From Phoronis australis (taxonomy: Eukaryota; Animalia; Phoronida), in NCBI GenBank assembly GCA_002633005.1, contig NMRA01000850.1:1-55525 (forward strand): a stretch of 55,525 nt of DNA, in the 5' to 3' direction. The notes beneath the pieces are model-generated. The model saw only the letters and a program-made list of their open reading frames with translations. It searched no databases and had not been told where the DNA came from. This document shows, piece by piece, positions 12,818 through 25,950 of this stretch. A program made the translations under genes and the position numbers. How positions within the stretch are numbered: position 1 is the first letter of the stretch; each line of letters opens with the position of its first letter.

Positions 12818-13591
12818 TATTAACACATCCTTTCTTTGTCAAGATAAAAAATATCACAAATTGAAACCAGTCAAGTGTGCGTTCAAAATGAAGGAACTAA
12901 TTGTTGATCGACTGAATGCGTTATCGTTAATGAGGCTTTTGTAACGAGTCTGCCAAGCTAGACAAGAAAATCAATTTTAAGAGTTGTATAACACCCCGAA
13001 GGACGACATGCTGTAGACATACACTCAACTAGACCTATAAGAACGCGATTGCAGAATGGACAAAAAAAATAAAATTGCCGGTTTATAGCGATATGCGCTT
13101 CTTGAAATATACCAGACAAGTTAAATGTAGGAGAAATCGTAATTTTGTCACAGAGTGAATATGTAGCCGTTTTTGTCTCCCCATTATTGTCTACGGACTT
13201 GTCTTCTTTTTATTTTATGTTTTTACAAACCATAATTCAAGTGAGCAAAACTATTATGTCGTGCATATGAGCTCATAGAGGGAATATATGCCTTAGTGCT
13301 GTTAATTTTCTTCCACGAATTATGCGCGTTTGGAAATAAGTTACTTACAAACTCACTCGTCTTGTACTTGACGTCATTTCTTAAGACTATAGACTTAATC
13401 GCTTGGGACACGACAGGAAATTAACTAACTATCAAGCAAATGATGCGCGCGATGTTTTCTTATTAGGCGCGGATACCTTACAGTCTGCGATCGTGCTATT
13501 GAAACTGTAGGTCTACTTATAGTGAAAGGAAATGGAAGTACCTCTGTGACAATTAGTTTTGAAGTTCTGGCAGTCTTTGAGTTATCAAGGG

Positions 13592-14650
13592 ATGGAGAAA
13601 CGTTCTGTCCTACGGTTTGATCCTGTGGTTACAGAAATTTCAGACAGTGAGTCAAAATTGGACGCATGTCCCACGAAGAAAAAAACGAAGTCGATTCTAA
13701 AAAAACGAAAAGGAGTTGAATCGGATGTTGCAAAGATCGCCACTGGACCTGATGCAAACCAAAAGAAGACAAGGTCACTGGAAACGACGGATCATTCGCC
13801 ACTGTTGCCGCCTACAATGCAATGTAGGAACGTAAATTCGTGTGAATCCTATGACATACGTATATCTTTCGACCAGTTTCTGCGTTATGAATTTCTTTCG
13901 CGCACCGGAGATTTCAAACAAATGTGTGATGAAATCGAAGCAGATGAAGTGGAAAACGAACGATTGTCGAAGGAACAAACCCTACCCAAGATTAGAATAA
14001 ACAGTGAGAATCAACGGGCACGTCAAAAACGCCACATAGCCCTCACAAAAGACGGCATGCAAAGGTCAATGCAACGGTTTGAGGGTTCAGCCGCTGCCAC
14101 TGAAGAGCTAGCAAATACGTCAGATAAAAATTCTTCGACGGATGTTTTTCCAAACGTGGACACGAAAAAGAGTCTACCGATTGATAACTCCAGGAAATAC
14201 GGGCGATCAAACATTGCTGATCTAAAATCATCGTCACAAAATTCAGAACACGCGTACACAAAAAACAGAGCAACTGAAGCAAAGTCGCGCAGAAGAAGTA
14301 AAAGAGTTATTGTCCTAGAAGACATCGATGATGGAGATAACTTTAAGATAAAAAATCAGTTGTCAAGGAAACAAACGGTGAAGTTCTTTCCTGCCGTCGG
14401 TGAAGAGTCAGAATATCGTAAGGTTGTATTTAATGACACTGGAACACCCGTTACGGTATTTATGGGTAGTCTGGACCAGAAAAGGAGAAGAAATCCTTAT
14501 GAAGGGATACGAGATTTTGACGGAAACTACCTTCTACCTACGTCTAAAAAGAAACTGATTTTTGGACTTATTTATAATAAACTTACCAAGTCATTTTATC
14601 CGCCACTGTATAGTTCAAATACTAGGAGAAGGAATTTGGGAAAGTCGTGA
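13592..14650 (+). CDS. Intronless orphan protein, 352 aa, Lys/Arg/Ser-rich and probably disordered, with PP1-docking-like motifs
   Basis: 1059-nt open frame from ATG 13592 (ggATGG context), far longer than background ORFs. AATAAA at 14794 and TGACGTCA (CRE) at 13369. It contains KSILKK, RISF, KQTVKF and RKVVF. I recognise no family. Confidence 0.7.
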   Translation: MEKRSVLRFDPVVTEISDSESKLDACPTKKKTKSILKKRKGVESDVAKIATGPDANQKKTRSLETTDHSPLLPPTMQCRNVNSCESYDIRISFDQFLRYEFLSRTGDFKQMCDEIEADEVENERLSKEQTLPKIRINSENQRARQKRHIALTKDGMQRSMQRFEGSAAATEELANTSDKNSSTDVFPNVDTKKSLPIDNSRKYGRSNIADLKSSSQNSEHAYTKNRATEAKSRRRSKRVIVLEDIDDGDNFKIKNQLSRKQTVKFFPAVGEESEYRKVVFNDTGTPVTVFMGSLDQKRRRNPYEGIRDFDGNYLLPTSKKKLIFGLIYNKLTKSFYPPLYSSNTRRRNLGKS

Positions 14651-17576
14651 CATGTGCTACTTATCATTAGTTTTCATCATCAGAATGCGGTCTCTACTCA
14701 GTCATATTGTCTAAGTGCTGTGTAGACCTGTATCAGAATGTTTTGTCAAGTCCATTGTCTTATAATGCGCATGTCTGAGTCTGCTTTTGCAGAAATAAAA
14801 ACACTAGCGTGACCGGTGTGATCTTCGGAAGTGTAGCGAACAGAATATATAGACAACAGAATTTTTCTTTCGTATCCCTAAAATAGTTGCACTGGTCCTC
14901 CACCATGTGATTTTAGTGGAATATATAATGACATGGAAAGTTTAGAACACCGATCATTCACAGACTATAATTATATTGAAATAAACGAAGCGATGTGTGT
15001 ATTAATAAGTTTTGATTTTAAAATGCAACTTAAATTCCATCGTGGATCCGAAACGTCGCTGGTGTCCATCTTAGATGATTAACATTTCTGGGGAGATACG
15101 AACAATCCCAGAGACTGGGCACCCCGGATTTATCTGAAATGGCGCTCTCATAATTGGGTGTATTTTCTGTCTCGACAGTTTCATTTTACCACGTTCATCC
15201 CACTGAGCAAGGTGAAAGTGCGCCCATTCGAAAGCAAATTAAAGGCGCCAGGCCATGGAAATTTGCGGCAAGTGTTGACATTTTTGTCGGGGGGAGGGGG
15301 GTGGGGGTTTCACGTTTAGCTGCCCGCACTGCAGAAGTGGCCGGAAGACTCCCTGTGATGATATTAAGATTTTCTATGGCAAAGCCTATAGTATATGCTA
15401 CTACAAGTCGGATCTAATTTTTGACGTTTTCCGTTCTACATTTGACAGAACTCAAGATAAGTGTGTATTTTTGTACCTTACGTTATGGCGAAAGTTACTA
15501 AAGTTGACTCTTGCACGATTTTGGCACCGGCGTACGTATCCGAAAATCGATTTGGCGCCGTTAAATGTGCCATTTCAACGGAGTCCTGTTTGTGCTGTAA
15601 TTCGCTCTTTTTACGCATTATTTACGCATTGTTCAGCGCAGCAGAAATGGGCCGCAATAGCACGCTGTGACGTGCAAAAGCTTACGGTACTGTGCACGCC
15701 TCCATCAGAGTCAGGACGGTGAACTTTAGTTCTATGGCGCGCAATAACAAGCATACACTGTATGTCAGCACTCCTGGATAACGAGTACTTCGCGACTTAT
15801 TCACGTGACGCAATTCACAGTTGGATTCCCGCTAATCTATGCGTGCCAAATCAAACATTTCTAATTTCTCTAGCACGCACTCCCAGACAGTTCATAGACA
15901 ATTCTTCCTCATTACGGCTGAGTTTATGATTGCCTCGATGATTTGCGTGCCAATTATAAAACATATGTCTTTGGCCACTGCACGCCACTTAATCGCTCAA
16001 GTGTTAGGGTGGTCTCCAAAATGTAGTTTGCACACGACGAGCCTTAAAATTTCAGAGTCTGAACTCAAAATCTCGAGTTTTTCCCTTTGTTCAATCTGTC
16101 ATATTCTAGGATTCATCAAGTGAGAACTAGGTCTAGACACTCATGTTATATAGTCGAGCATAGAATAATAGTTTATTATCTTGAGCTAGTACCATGAAAG
16201 GAATCCCATGCTAACAGCCTCAACCTGTCTAGTTTGGGTAACTCGACCGGTTCGATAGCCTTTAGTACGCCCGCTTCTGTAAACACTGGTGACGACAATA
16301 ATTTTTCGTTTTGAAAGTTTTTAAATCATATTTGAATAGTTCGTGAAAAATTACTCGTGTTTGTGGTTTGAATTTTGAAATTTGGACAAGAAATGTGACT
16401 TTTATAACTTAAAATCAGTAAGTTGACCATAGCCAATATTCTGTTTCATTAATTCTGCAGGGCGCGCAACATAATGGCCAATTACCAAGGACCATTAACC
16501 AGCAGTTGCAAATTTAGGAAAGTCAAGTGTCATCGAGCAATTGATTTGAATTGAAAGAAAATGTCAAAAACGATTTCAAGTTCTGAGATTGAACCACAGA
16601 CCAGTAACAGTATGTTTGAATGGCTTAAATCTTTTTACAGAATGCAGGCGTGCGTTCAGTAGACGCTAGGGAGGAAGGTTGGTTGGCATCAGACACAGTG
16701 ATGGACATGCTGCTGGGGGTTCACCCATTCCCCCTGGATCACCTTCTGGCATGAGCAAACTGAAAACAAGTAGTTGAAATCATTTGTCCGGTGTTGCGAC
16801 ATCAAATCGGCTAGTCATAAAACTGACTAAGAAGGAGCGCTCAGTGAAGTTAAATGAACTGGCCCTCTCGTTACGACATTCACGACAACTTCAAACAGTT
16901 TCATTAGTTAAAATTGTTACGATACACAGTTTCCTCTTCACGCTCAGTTAGTAAAAACGAATTTGAACTGGTTACATATTTTGGGATGTCATAAAAACCA
17001 TCAAGGGCACAGACAAAGAATTTTTCGGTGAGAAAGCAACTGAAAATGTCAATTCGTTATAATTCGCGAGACAGTATGACTCAAAAAATACCTTGCACAA
17101 TTGAACGTTTTACCGTAAAAACCACCATACTAGTAATTCCGTACACTATGAAATATATGGCAAAAACAAGAAAAATTAATAAAACTGGCCTTATACACCT
17201 GATATTCGTTGCACTAAGGTCCGACTCCACAAAATGCAACAGTAACTTTACCTCTCATTGGCTCATCCCTTGACTTGGTAAGTTATGACTAGTTTATACT
17301 TCGCGATTATACAATTTGCATGATTCGCTAGATTGAAAAAAATGAAGCTTGTCAAAACAAGTTTTATTAACAGAAAATCCTATGCATAAAAACAATTATA
17401 CAGAACGATTCCCCGAAATAGGCCCCAAACATTCAACTGCTAATATTTTTTTCCAATAGTGGCAGGAACTTCAAATTTTGCAGACTGTCACTTTTATGTT
17501 TGAGTCTACGCTGATGATGAAGTTTTTTATGCTAGTGTCTGCCGCAGCATGCCAAGAGTTTTCCCTACTCGTGTTG

Positions 17577-17840
17577 CATGGGCGCACTGAGGGGGGCTCG
17601 AGGGGCTCGAAGGAGCTCCTCAATTTGGCGAAATGGGCAAAAAGGTCCGCCTCAAAAAGTAAACGAGACAAAAGTCCACAAAATGTCACGGGAAGTCGGC
17701 GCAGATGCACAATTTGTGGGCCTGAACCTAGTGGCCCCATTTTTTTTGTAGTCCTCGTCAGTTGATTTCTTTCACTAAAAGGTCCGCACACCGAAAAATT
17801 CAAGCCCACCCCCCTATACTTTTGGCTGGGTGCGCAAATG
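17577..17840. mobile_element. MITE with 5-bp TSD
   Basis: Termini catgggcgcac... and ...gtgcgcaaatg; TGTTG duplicated at 17572-17576 and 17841-17845; G-run and C-run subterminal tracts. It accounts for the overlapping ORFs at 17471-17848. Confidence 0.65.
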
Positions 17841-19244
17841 TGTTGCATTTAGTCCTATGGAGCACCAGGAACTGTGAAATAATGTTTGTAAAGATGGGGC
17901 TCGTCCTAAGAGCACTGACTTATCTTTGAAAATTTTAAGGTTTCTTTAGTCCGTTCCAAGAACAATGAAAATCGATCGGATTTGGAAGTTTCAGTTTGGA
18001 GGTTTTGACAAATCTTAAGTATAAAATAAACCCGAGTTGGTATCTTAGAACGGGAATATGATGTGTTTGAGCTGCCAAGAAAGCATAATTGAAAAGAAAA
18101 GTCTTGTAACATTGAATTCAAACACTTTTACGGCAGGTGCTGGAAATGTCCTCCATCAGAATGTAGGCAAACCTCTATGCGCCTTTCCAAAGAGAAAACT
18201 GTGCTGCTCCATGAAATACATCGCGAACTCGACGCACTGCCGAAAAAAAAAACTGGTCAGCCGCTTTGGATAATATTTTGGCGCGTGCCACAGCGTTTGC
18301 TCGCAATAAAGTTGTGCAAGCCTATACAAAGTTTCGGCGCCCTGACTTAAGTAGAAATTAGCACAAAGTTTGGGGTCTGTTACAGGAGATTCGCTCTGTC
18401 GTAAACGTGTATCCAGTCGCGGATTACTTAACCCAAATTTGTGCCTTTTTATGTTTGAAAAGCATGAGCGGCGCAGCACTGAAATAAGTAGGGGCAATAG
18501 CCCACCTCTTCAGCTCTCTATGGTGCGCCGCCAATGAAAATGTAATTCGCCATTTGCTTGTCGTTCAGATTAAGCTTTCATAGAGAGTATAACCCAAAAT
18601 TGTGAAACATAAATCCGTGACAGGTTTTTTGCGAATACTCGCGGGTGTTTTAGGGTAGGTATTCAGCCGTTGGCAATAAAGGGTGGCGATTCAAAAACGA
18701 CGGAACCGGCGAAAGGGTGCATTCTTCTAAGCGATATTTCATTTTAGGTAAAACACGCAGCACAGGACCGAACTCCGCACACTGAATTTGTAAATCATCC
18801 ACAATTCTTCCATTATGCGTGTTACTTCAGAAAGAAGAACATTTCAAAATTTGAAAATTAATATTTAATTAAACAATTATATTGACCAGTCCATATTTAA
18901 TTGAATCAAGGTTATGCAGGACCTTAGAAAATTTTCAAATTTAGCTTTCCGATGCTGCTCTCAAAACAATGTTAGCAATTGTTCTTAATCTGATCCACTT
19001 TTGCATGATAGGCTACTTTCAAGTTTTTGATAAAAAAATCCAAAGTTGCACAAAACGAAATGAAATGATATTTCAGAAAACCGTGTAGTAGCGTTTTTGA
19101 GATCTCATCTTGAACATTTGTTTATGAAGGCCTACTAACCTATACAAGACGAAGTTTAAAATCGAACATTTTAATTATCGACATCTACTGTCAGGTCCAC
19201 ATCGTAGTTAAAACTCTTTGCACATCATCCTCTAGTTTTTTTTT

Positions 19245-21030
19245 TCTAAACCGTGTTTTTCTGGTTGTGGAGCACCGGTTCATCCTGACCCAACCTGAGG
19301 CTTCCATAACCGAGAGTTTTCGAGTCTGTGAAATCCGACGTCTGTTCTCCAACCTAGTCTGCCATCAGTTCGTTCTGTACGTCATTCTCTGTCGTTCCTG
19401 AAACCAAGGTTGTCTGGTTATGAGTTAAGGCCTCCTCACGGCCACCTCCGGAGGCTTCCATGTCTGAGAGTGTCTGGTCATCAGGCCCGGGGGTTCTTCT
19501 AAAGCAGAGGCTGTCTCCCAGCCACAGCCTGATGCATCCATAAACGAGGTTGTGTCAAAGCATCCGTATCCACTTCCTACTTCTCCTTCCACTGTGGGTA
19601 ATCCACCGAAATCATCGTATTCACACTCGTATGTTGTTTTTTTTCGCGACCTTGCCATCATTCACGTAGCCCTGCCGGTGCTAAACTGCCTTATGCAATG
19701 GCACCGATGACCTTGAAGTGTTTTGACACTTAAAAGTCATCGATAGCATATTCATTCTTCAACCTTTATGTTTCTTACACATACGTACAATCTCCGTCAT
19801 TCAGTGTGACGTCATCCTTTTCGGTGTTAAGAACACTCACGATGCCTACATCAGCGATCCCATCATCGCCAGAGTCTGTACCAGATGCAGTGACGGTGGA
19901 AGTGGCGGCCGCGGCGACCGTGGCATTGGTGGAAGCTAGACAGTGTCACCTGAAACGTCGAAGGCACTCTTATCTTTCCCATAACTCTCTTGCTCTATAA
20001 CTATGCCATCTACAGATTCTTCCAAAGTGGCATGCGACTCTAAGTTCGCAAACATCCTCTTGGCAGGCAGGCCAGCATCTTCCATCAATGGTTCTCTTTC
20101 GAAGTCTATGGATACCGACGCAAAGTCGTTCATTTCGCTACGCATTTGTTGTAGTAAAGATCCAGTTTTCTTGTATGTTCTGCTTATTCTCCACCTAAAC
20201 CAGTACAAAATCAACAGATGAAGATATGTGTGTCAGTGCCTGCAATTACGGGCAAGTCCGGTATGCCATGCGTGGCGAGACCTTGTTGATATTGCTAGCA
20301 GGAAGGGAGTTCACCCGACCCGTTCCCAACTGCTGCAACCGTATTATTTCACATTGGCTAATGAAAGACATATATGCTTACAGAGGCTTTCGCATGGACC
20401 ATTAAAAATGAAATAGACCCTTCACCAAAATGCGGACATTGTATGAATATATTCTGCTTTGCTGACAATATTTCTTCGAATGTAATCAGAGACAGTTCCC
20501 CGAATAATCGTAATTTCTGTACGTTTCTTGAAAGATGATGTATCCACAACACCAATATACGGTGTGAAATCGATTTCAACAACTTGCATACGGCTGGAGA
20601 GCTGTTTCACATCACTCGTCGCTTTGTCCAGCGCTTCAATGAGTGTCTTCCTGTAGCCATCGCCGATGTCTTCAAGACTAACAAAGTGATTGCGAAGATC
20701 TTATTGAAAAGACATTTAGTGAGGTGAATCTTTTGTCTGAAATAGATTTTCACTCAGTTGTGATTACATTCACAGACGGGATGCTGGTAATGTAATACAA
20801 AAGTTTGAAGAGCTGTATTCAAAGAAAAACATTTTCGTATTCATTGTAACAACGAACACAACTGCGTGATTACATTAGTCAGCAATTCAGCTCGAGGAAG
20901 GTTTACGATAATAAAGGCCTTGGCGAATTCGATGTGTGTACTGAGTTTATTTCTCTACCAGTGGAAACACAAGGAAACGGTTGCACCAGTATTAGTGTAA
21001 AAACTGGGATACAGCACACCTGATACACCC
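19245..21030 (-). pseudogene. Probable decayed gene for a secreted acidic Ser/Thr/Gly-rich (proteoglycan-like) protein
   Basis: Protein-like minus-strand blocks: a hydrophobic leader-like segment (VCCIPVFTLILVQPFPCVST, about 21020-20960); DLRNHFVSLEDIGDGYRKTLIEALDK...MSAFW (about 20700-20425); an in-phase GT/AG junction to WRISRTYKK...DVSGDTV (about 20196-19936); then frameshifted or stop-interrupted acidic tracts with three M(E/D)ASGxG-like repeats (about 19540-19290). Confidence 0.4.
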
Positions 21031-21156
21031 ATGAACATAGGCATGTAATTCATCACGTTCAAAACACAGTTCACAAGTCCAGCGGAGCTCAGTTCAACGA
21101 CTCACTACGTCGTGTCAGCCGTCTCATACTACTCAGTGCACTAGCTAGGATTATCA

Positions 21157-21772
21157 GCGCCGAGTTCGGAACGGATTTTCTGACTTTCAGTATTGGCCTC
21201 ATTTTCGTGTTGTAAAACAAGCTGAAACACCAGTTAGACTGATTTTTAGCCAAAAAAGCCAATAGTCTCTCTTCGAGAAACATGTCGTTGGCTCGCGTAG
21301 CGTAATTTTGACGTCATTATGACGTTTGGGCGGGCCCATTGTGACGGCATGTCTTTTCTTATTTCCGGGTCCAAACTGCATCACCTACTGTCATAACACG
21401 TCATCACTAAACATCCGAATACGAATGCCAAAGACCCAAAGCTTACTAACAAAAACTTTATAGCTCATCGAGTCACAAACGAAGATTCCCGGCCGCCAAG
21501 CACGGCGCCCCGAACTCCAGGGCCTGTTTCTCGTAGACAAAAGCCGAAAGTCATCATCCGACTACGAACAGCCAAATGTCAATTTTTGTGTTATGCGTTT
21601 ATCAACTACGGATTCCTGTCTTTTGACTAAGCGCCGAGTTCGGAACGGATTTTCTAACTTTCAGTATTGGCCTCATTTTCGTAAAACAAGCTGAAACACC
21701 AGTTAGACTGATTTTTAGCCAAAAAGCTAATAGTCTCTCTTCGAGAAACCTGTCGTTGGCTTGCGTAGCGTA
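21157..21772 (+). repeat. Local direct duplication of about 145 bp
   Basis: 21157-21304 and 21630-21772 are near-identical (agcgccgagttcggaacggattttct...gtcgttggct(c/t)gcgtagcgta), differing by a 5-bp indel, a 1-bp indel and a few substitutions. Confidence 0.9.
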
Positions 21773-24700
21773 TTGTCACGTGATCCCAGGTGGTAGGTGA
21801 ACCAGTGTCTGTGATCTGACAAGTGTGGTTTTGAGAACAGAGGCGTGAGCCGTGTCCTATATGAGTCCACGAACGAGCTTGGAGGGTGGTGAACCTGTAA
21901 GTCCGTCGATGCATGACTTGAGGCGACTGGGCCCATAACAAGGTGACTGAGAAACTATTTTCACGACAACGGAAGCTGTGTATTTTCCACAGCTAGATTG
22001 GTGTTCTTTTAACTACTAAATGAAGGCTCGACAGGGTTCAATAACGCCAGGCCGTCGTAGGACCTTACCAGAAAAGACTTCGCGAGATTACGCGAAATAT
22101 TGTAGTGTGTTTTAAATGAGAACACAAGATTTTGGCTGGATTTTTCTAGCCAGGAGACAGATACTGAACTCTACCCTAGTATGACTTCTGCTCTATTTAG
22201 TTTACATATTTTAAGTGAGATCTTAAGTGAGCCTAATTTTTTGATGCCAAGCTCGCGAAACCCATCTAGGGTGCGAATAGATCAGGTATGGATATGAACC
22301 CGAGTTTTACATTTTTTTTTCTTATATTACTGAAGGTTTTTGCACTTTTCATCTGGATGCCCTTATAATATTTCATTGGCTTCATTTTGCGTGAAAATGG
22401 TAGACCAGTCTTTCAGTGGATTTACAATTCAATTCAAAAGAAAAGTTCATTTGTTTAATAAGTTTAAAAAGCAGTGATTAACTCTGACTCAAGTTTGGTC
22501 TATTTTTCAACTTTCCTTCTGTTATTAGCTAACTTTTTGGTCCTTTTCTTTAGACGTTTCAAATCGATTGCCTCATCTATTAAACAGAATAAGGTACACG
22601 TACCACCATTACGAAATCATTTTGGTCTATTTCTTGAAGATGCGGTTGACGAAAGCAGTCATATTTACATTTGTAAAAGTCATACGTCACTAAGCTTAGC
22701 AGGTACCGAAGTTTTCTGAAAAAGCCTCTAGTCGGAGACATTGATTTTCACTAGAAGTGATTTGCGTCCAATCAGCCGCCAGGGAGCGCTTTCGGGAAAA
22801 GTGTGGACTCTTATGGTAACTGCATTGAATACTGCAGCGCTCGTAGTTTAGAAGTATCCTGTAAGAGGTATAGTTCGTTCTTGTCACCAGCTTTGCAGTT
22901 ACTGTGAAGGACAACCAGAGGTGGTCCTCTTAAGAGCCGAAAACTAAGACACAATTTTTATAATTTTCCAAATAGATAACGTAGGTGCGTAACGGTACAT
23001 AAAATTGCAAATTTGAAAATGATGCACTGATGTACGCGCCTTCCCTGTGACTTGAGTTGGTTACGGAAACGGAAATCCCGGTAAGGAATATCATGAAACA
23101 GATTTTATTAGAGTAAAAGGCCTATTATTCGATTTTAGACAGCTAACGACGGCGATATGCAAATTAACTGTAACTCTTCAATAGCAAGTGCGTCAGTTAT
23201 TTGACCTACGAACTGTGATACTCATAGCGACACCTATTGACCATTCACCACTTAATGTGAAATCGAGAAAATACCAGTGCTGGCCAATTCAAACTGGAAT
23301 AAAACGAATTCTTTGCCTGGATGATAATATTCAATCCGAATTATAACACAAGCTTTGATGAAGCATGCAACTCAATTTGGAAGATATGGCGAGCCTTTTT
23401 TCAAAGCATTTTTATTTGTTGGTTGAAATGTTTTTCGTAATCACAGAAATATAGGTATTACTCTGGTAGGGGAAACTTTAAGGTCAAAATTGTTAGGTTA
23501 AGTGATCTAGTTTTCATGTCAAGTTTAAGAAAATCTGTGACTACCCTCGGAAACTGACCAAGTAGATGCAGGTAGCTTATTTGATAAATTCCACATTTTC
23601 CCCGTTTTATCGGCGATATTTTTCTACACTTTATCGTTCCGTAGTCGGCATGGAAATGTAACCATGCCATGGAATTTTTCGGAAAGATATTACTGTGCAT
23701 GAGAGTACTTAAGGCCTAGTTAACTATACTTTCTATCAAAGCGAGTTTTGGGTCTGCAGCGCTGACCCAAATTGTTACCGCCATGTGACGTTAAGTCTAT
23801 TTGGGCCTGCACAGGGCTATAAGCGAATGTCTCTCCGAGAACAGACATATTATCGTGACAATGAGGTTGAATTTCTCAGTGATGCCTCTCACACTTTACA
23901 ACAGAAGCCAATGTATAAACATGGATATCATTAGACTTGAATCCATGCATTTCCGAGATACAGGGGATCGGGGTATGTCAAATAGTGGATGCCTTGTCAC
24001 TGTAGTCTCCGCTTGGCATGGATATTTTTGGTCCTAGCGGCGTGATAATTTTTCACTCCTGACATGTAAAATATTTTGGTCTCGTGACATGATAAATTAT
24101 AGTTTCTGGTGTGATAAATTCTGATTTTTGAGTTGCCTTTTTGGTCCCGCAAAGTTTTTAGTTGGAGTACTCCAGAATTTTTTCCTCGCTCATGAGCGTG
24201 AATCAAACTGCCGTGGGACAGACCCGCATGGTCGCTGTCCGAGTGGGCGGGCTGCCAAATTCAGTAGCGGTGTCGGACGGGAGACAGCATGGCCGGTAAG
24301 CAGCAGTCGCATTAGAAAATCTTAAACAGACAGCCGATTTGCATGTGGACGAGAAAGCAGACGTCAGAGAATATTTCTCGGCGCGCTTGATGGCCGCCGG
24401 TGCCGTCACGGATTGAAGTGAGCTATAGTCGCATTTCATGGCCTGGCTTCTAAATTATGATTGCCTTGAGATATATTTGGGGTCGTAAACCAACACACCT
24501 ACGTAGGCCTAGTAGCGTGCGAATTTCAAAATCAACGAACAACATGATGAGTCAGGCAAACGACCGGCCATAACGTTTTAAAATGGACAGTAGGCCTAAA
24601 TAGTAGGCCTAGGCCTATTCCGCGTCTTTGCCAATCAAGAGAAAATAGAAAATAGCGAACACTGAGGCTTTCATCGCGTCTCATATAAGCCACGAGCATT

Positions 24701-25950
24701 AACTTATGAATTGATAAGGACAGCTTAGGTATTGGTGTAAATTCCAAATACTAGCGTACAGGCGCAGTTGCCTCATCAGACACTGGGTGGGTAGCCTACC
24801 CGGGCCGGCCGGCGGTTGGGGCACCCCGCGGCGAGAAAGTTCGAGCATATCTCACTATTGTGGCACATGACAGCGTTGGCCGTTCAGTGACTTTCGTAGG
24901 GGGTTCTGAGCGAGTGATAACATCTAGTTTCTTTGTTAACAGCCAAGCACACTATTAATTTGTCTGTTATGACAACAAGCAGGCCTATTACAGACCACCC
25001 TGTCAAATCCAGAGCAAATTCAGTGGTACATTCGGAAACAATAGATTGTCGTAACTTCGGTTGCACCGAGTTGGGCGCCGATTTTGGCGATTCACTAAAC
25101 TAAACATGATCACCATTTGACGACGATTTCAGAAATACTATTGGTTTATGTTCAAGTATGCCATAACTTAACTTTTACTTTTAACAGCGCAGCCCAGTCA
25201 TGGTATACGATATCTTATTGGAGACTAGAGCAATTATCGAACAAAAGAGAGCTGGCCCTCCAACCATGAATGCCACCCGAACTCGTCGGTCAGGCCGGAC
25301 GTGATAAAGGTGTACCCAATGAGATTTATAAATAACTGCTGAGCTATTTATCTCATTGGGTGCACCCACCAGACGGCGCACCATAAAGGTCAAGGTTAAA
25401 CATGTGTTTTATGACCGAAGAGTGTACACAACCAACTGACTAAGTCAGTGCGGTCTTTCTCCGAACAATAACTTCGAGTTGTGTCTAGAAGGTAAGTATA
25501 CTTAAGTAAGTGAAATTCCATCCACACATTCTAATCTTTTTGTTGTTAATTTTCATTATCTCGTCCGCGTCAATGACAATGCCAATGGCCTTGCTCGTTG
25601 GACTTCACCACTTACACACCTTGAAGTTGAACTTGTTGACCTTGTTTTTTGTACTGTCCTTTGACGTACAACGCAGATCTATTGATTAACAACGAAAACT
25701 AATAATCCACCAAGAGGGATACGTTACAAGACGAAGGACCAGTTAGTTTTTAGGTTTGGGAATCGTGGTCCAAGCACCAGTTCAATCTTTTACAGTTAGC
25801 ATTATATTTGACTTTTTTTACTGACATCGGTCCATAGCTGTATAATTTTCAGTTTTCCACCAAGGCTAATTAAAGAGCTGTTTCGGGCAGTTGAGTGACC
25901 AGTACTAGAATATTAGTGTTCATTTTATTTTGTCATTTTCAGAGTTGAAA

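Noticed and set aside
13775-14325. Antisense ORFs inside the orphan gene
   Set aside because: They are shadow ORFs of the long plus-strand frame.
16580-16610. B-box-like GGTTCAATCTC on the minus strand (tRNA or SINE?)
   Set aside because: I could not build a cloverleaf or find an A-box; the evidence is insufficient for a tRNA or SINE call.
24500-24835. Clustered TAGGCCTA palindromes and a GC-rich patch upstream of the TsuA-like gene
   Set aside because: Short and low-complexity; it could be promoter-related, but no specific structure can be supported.
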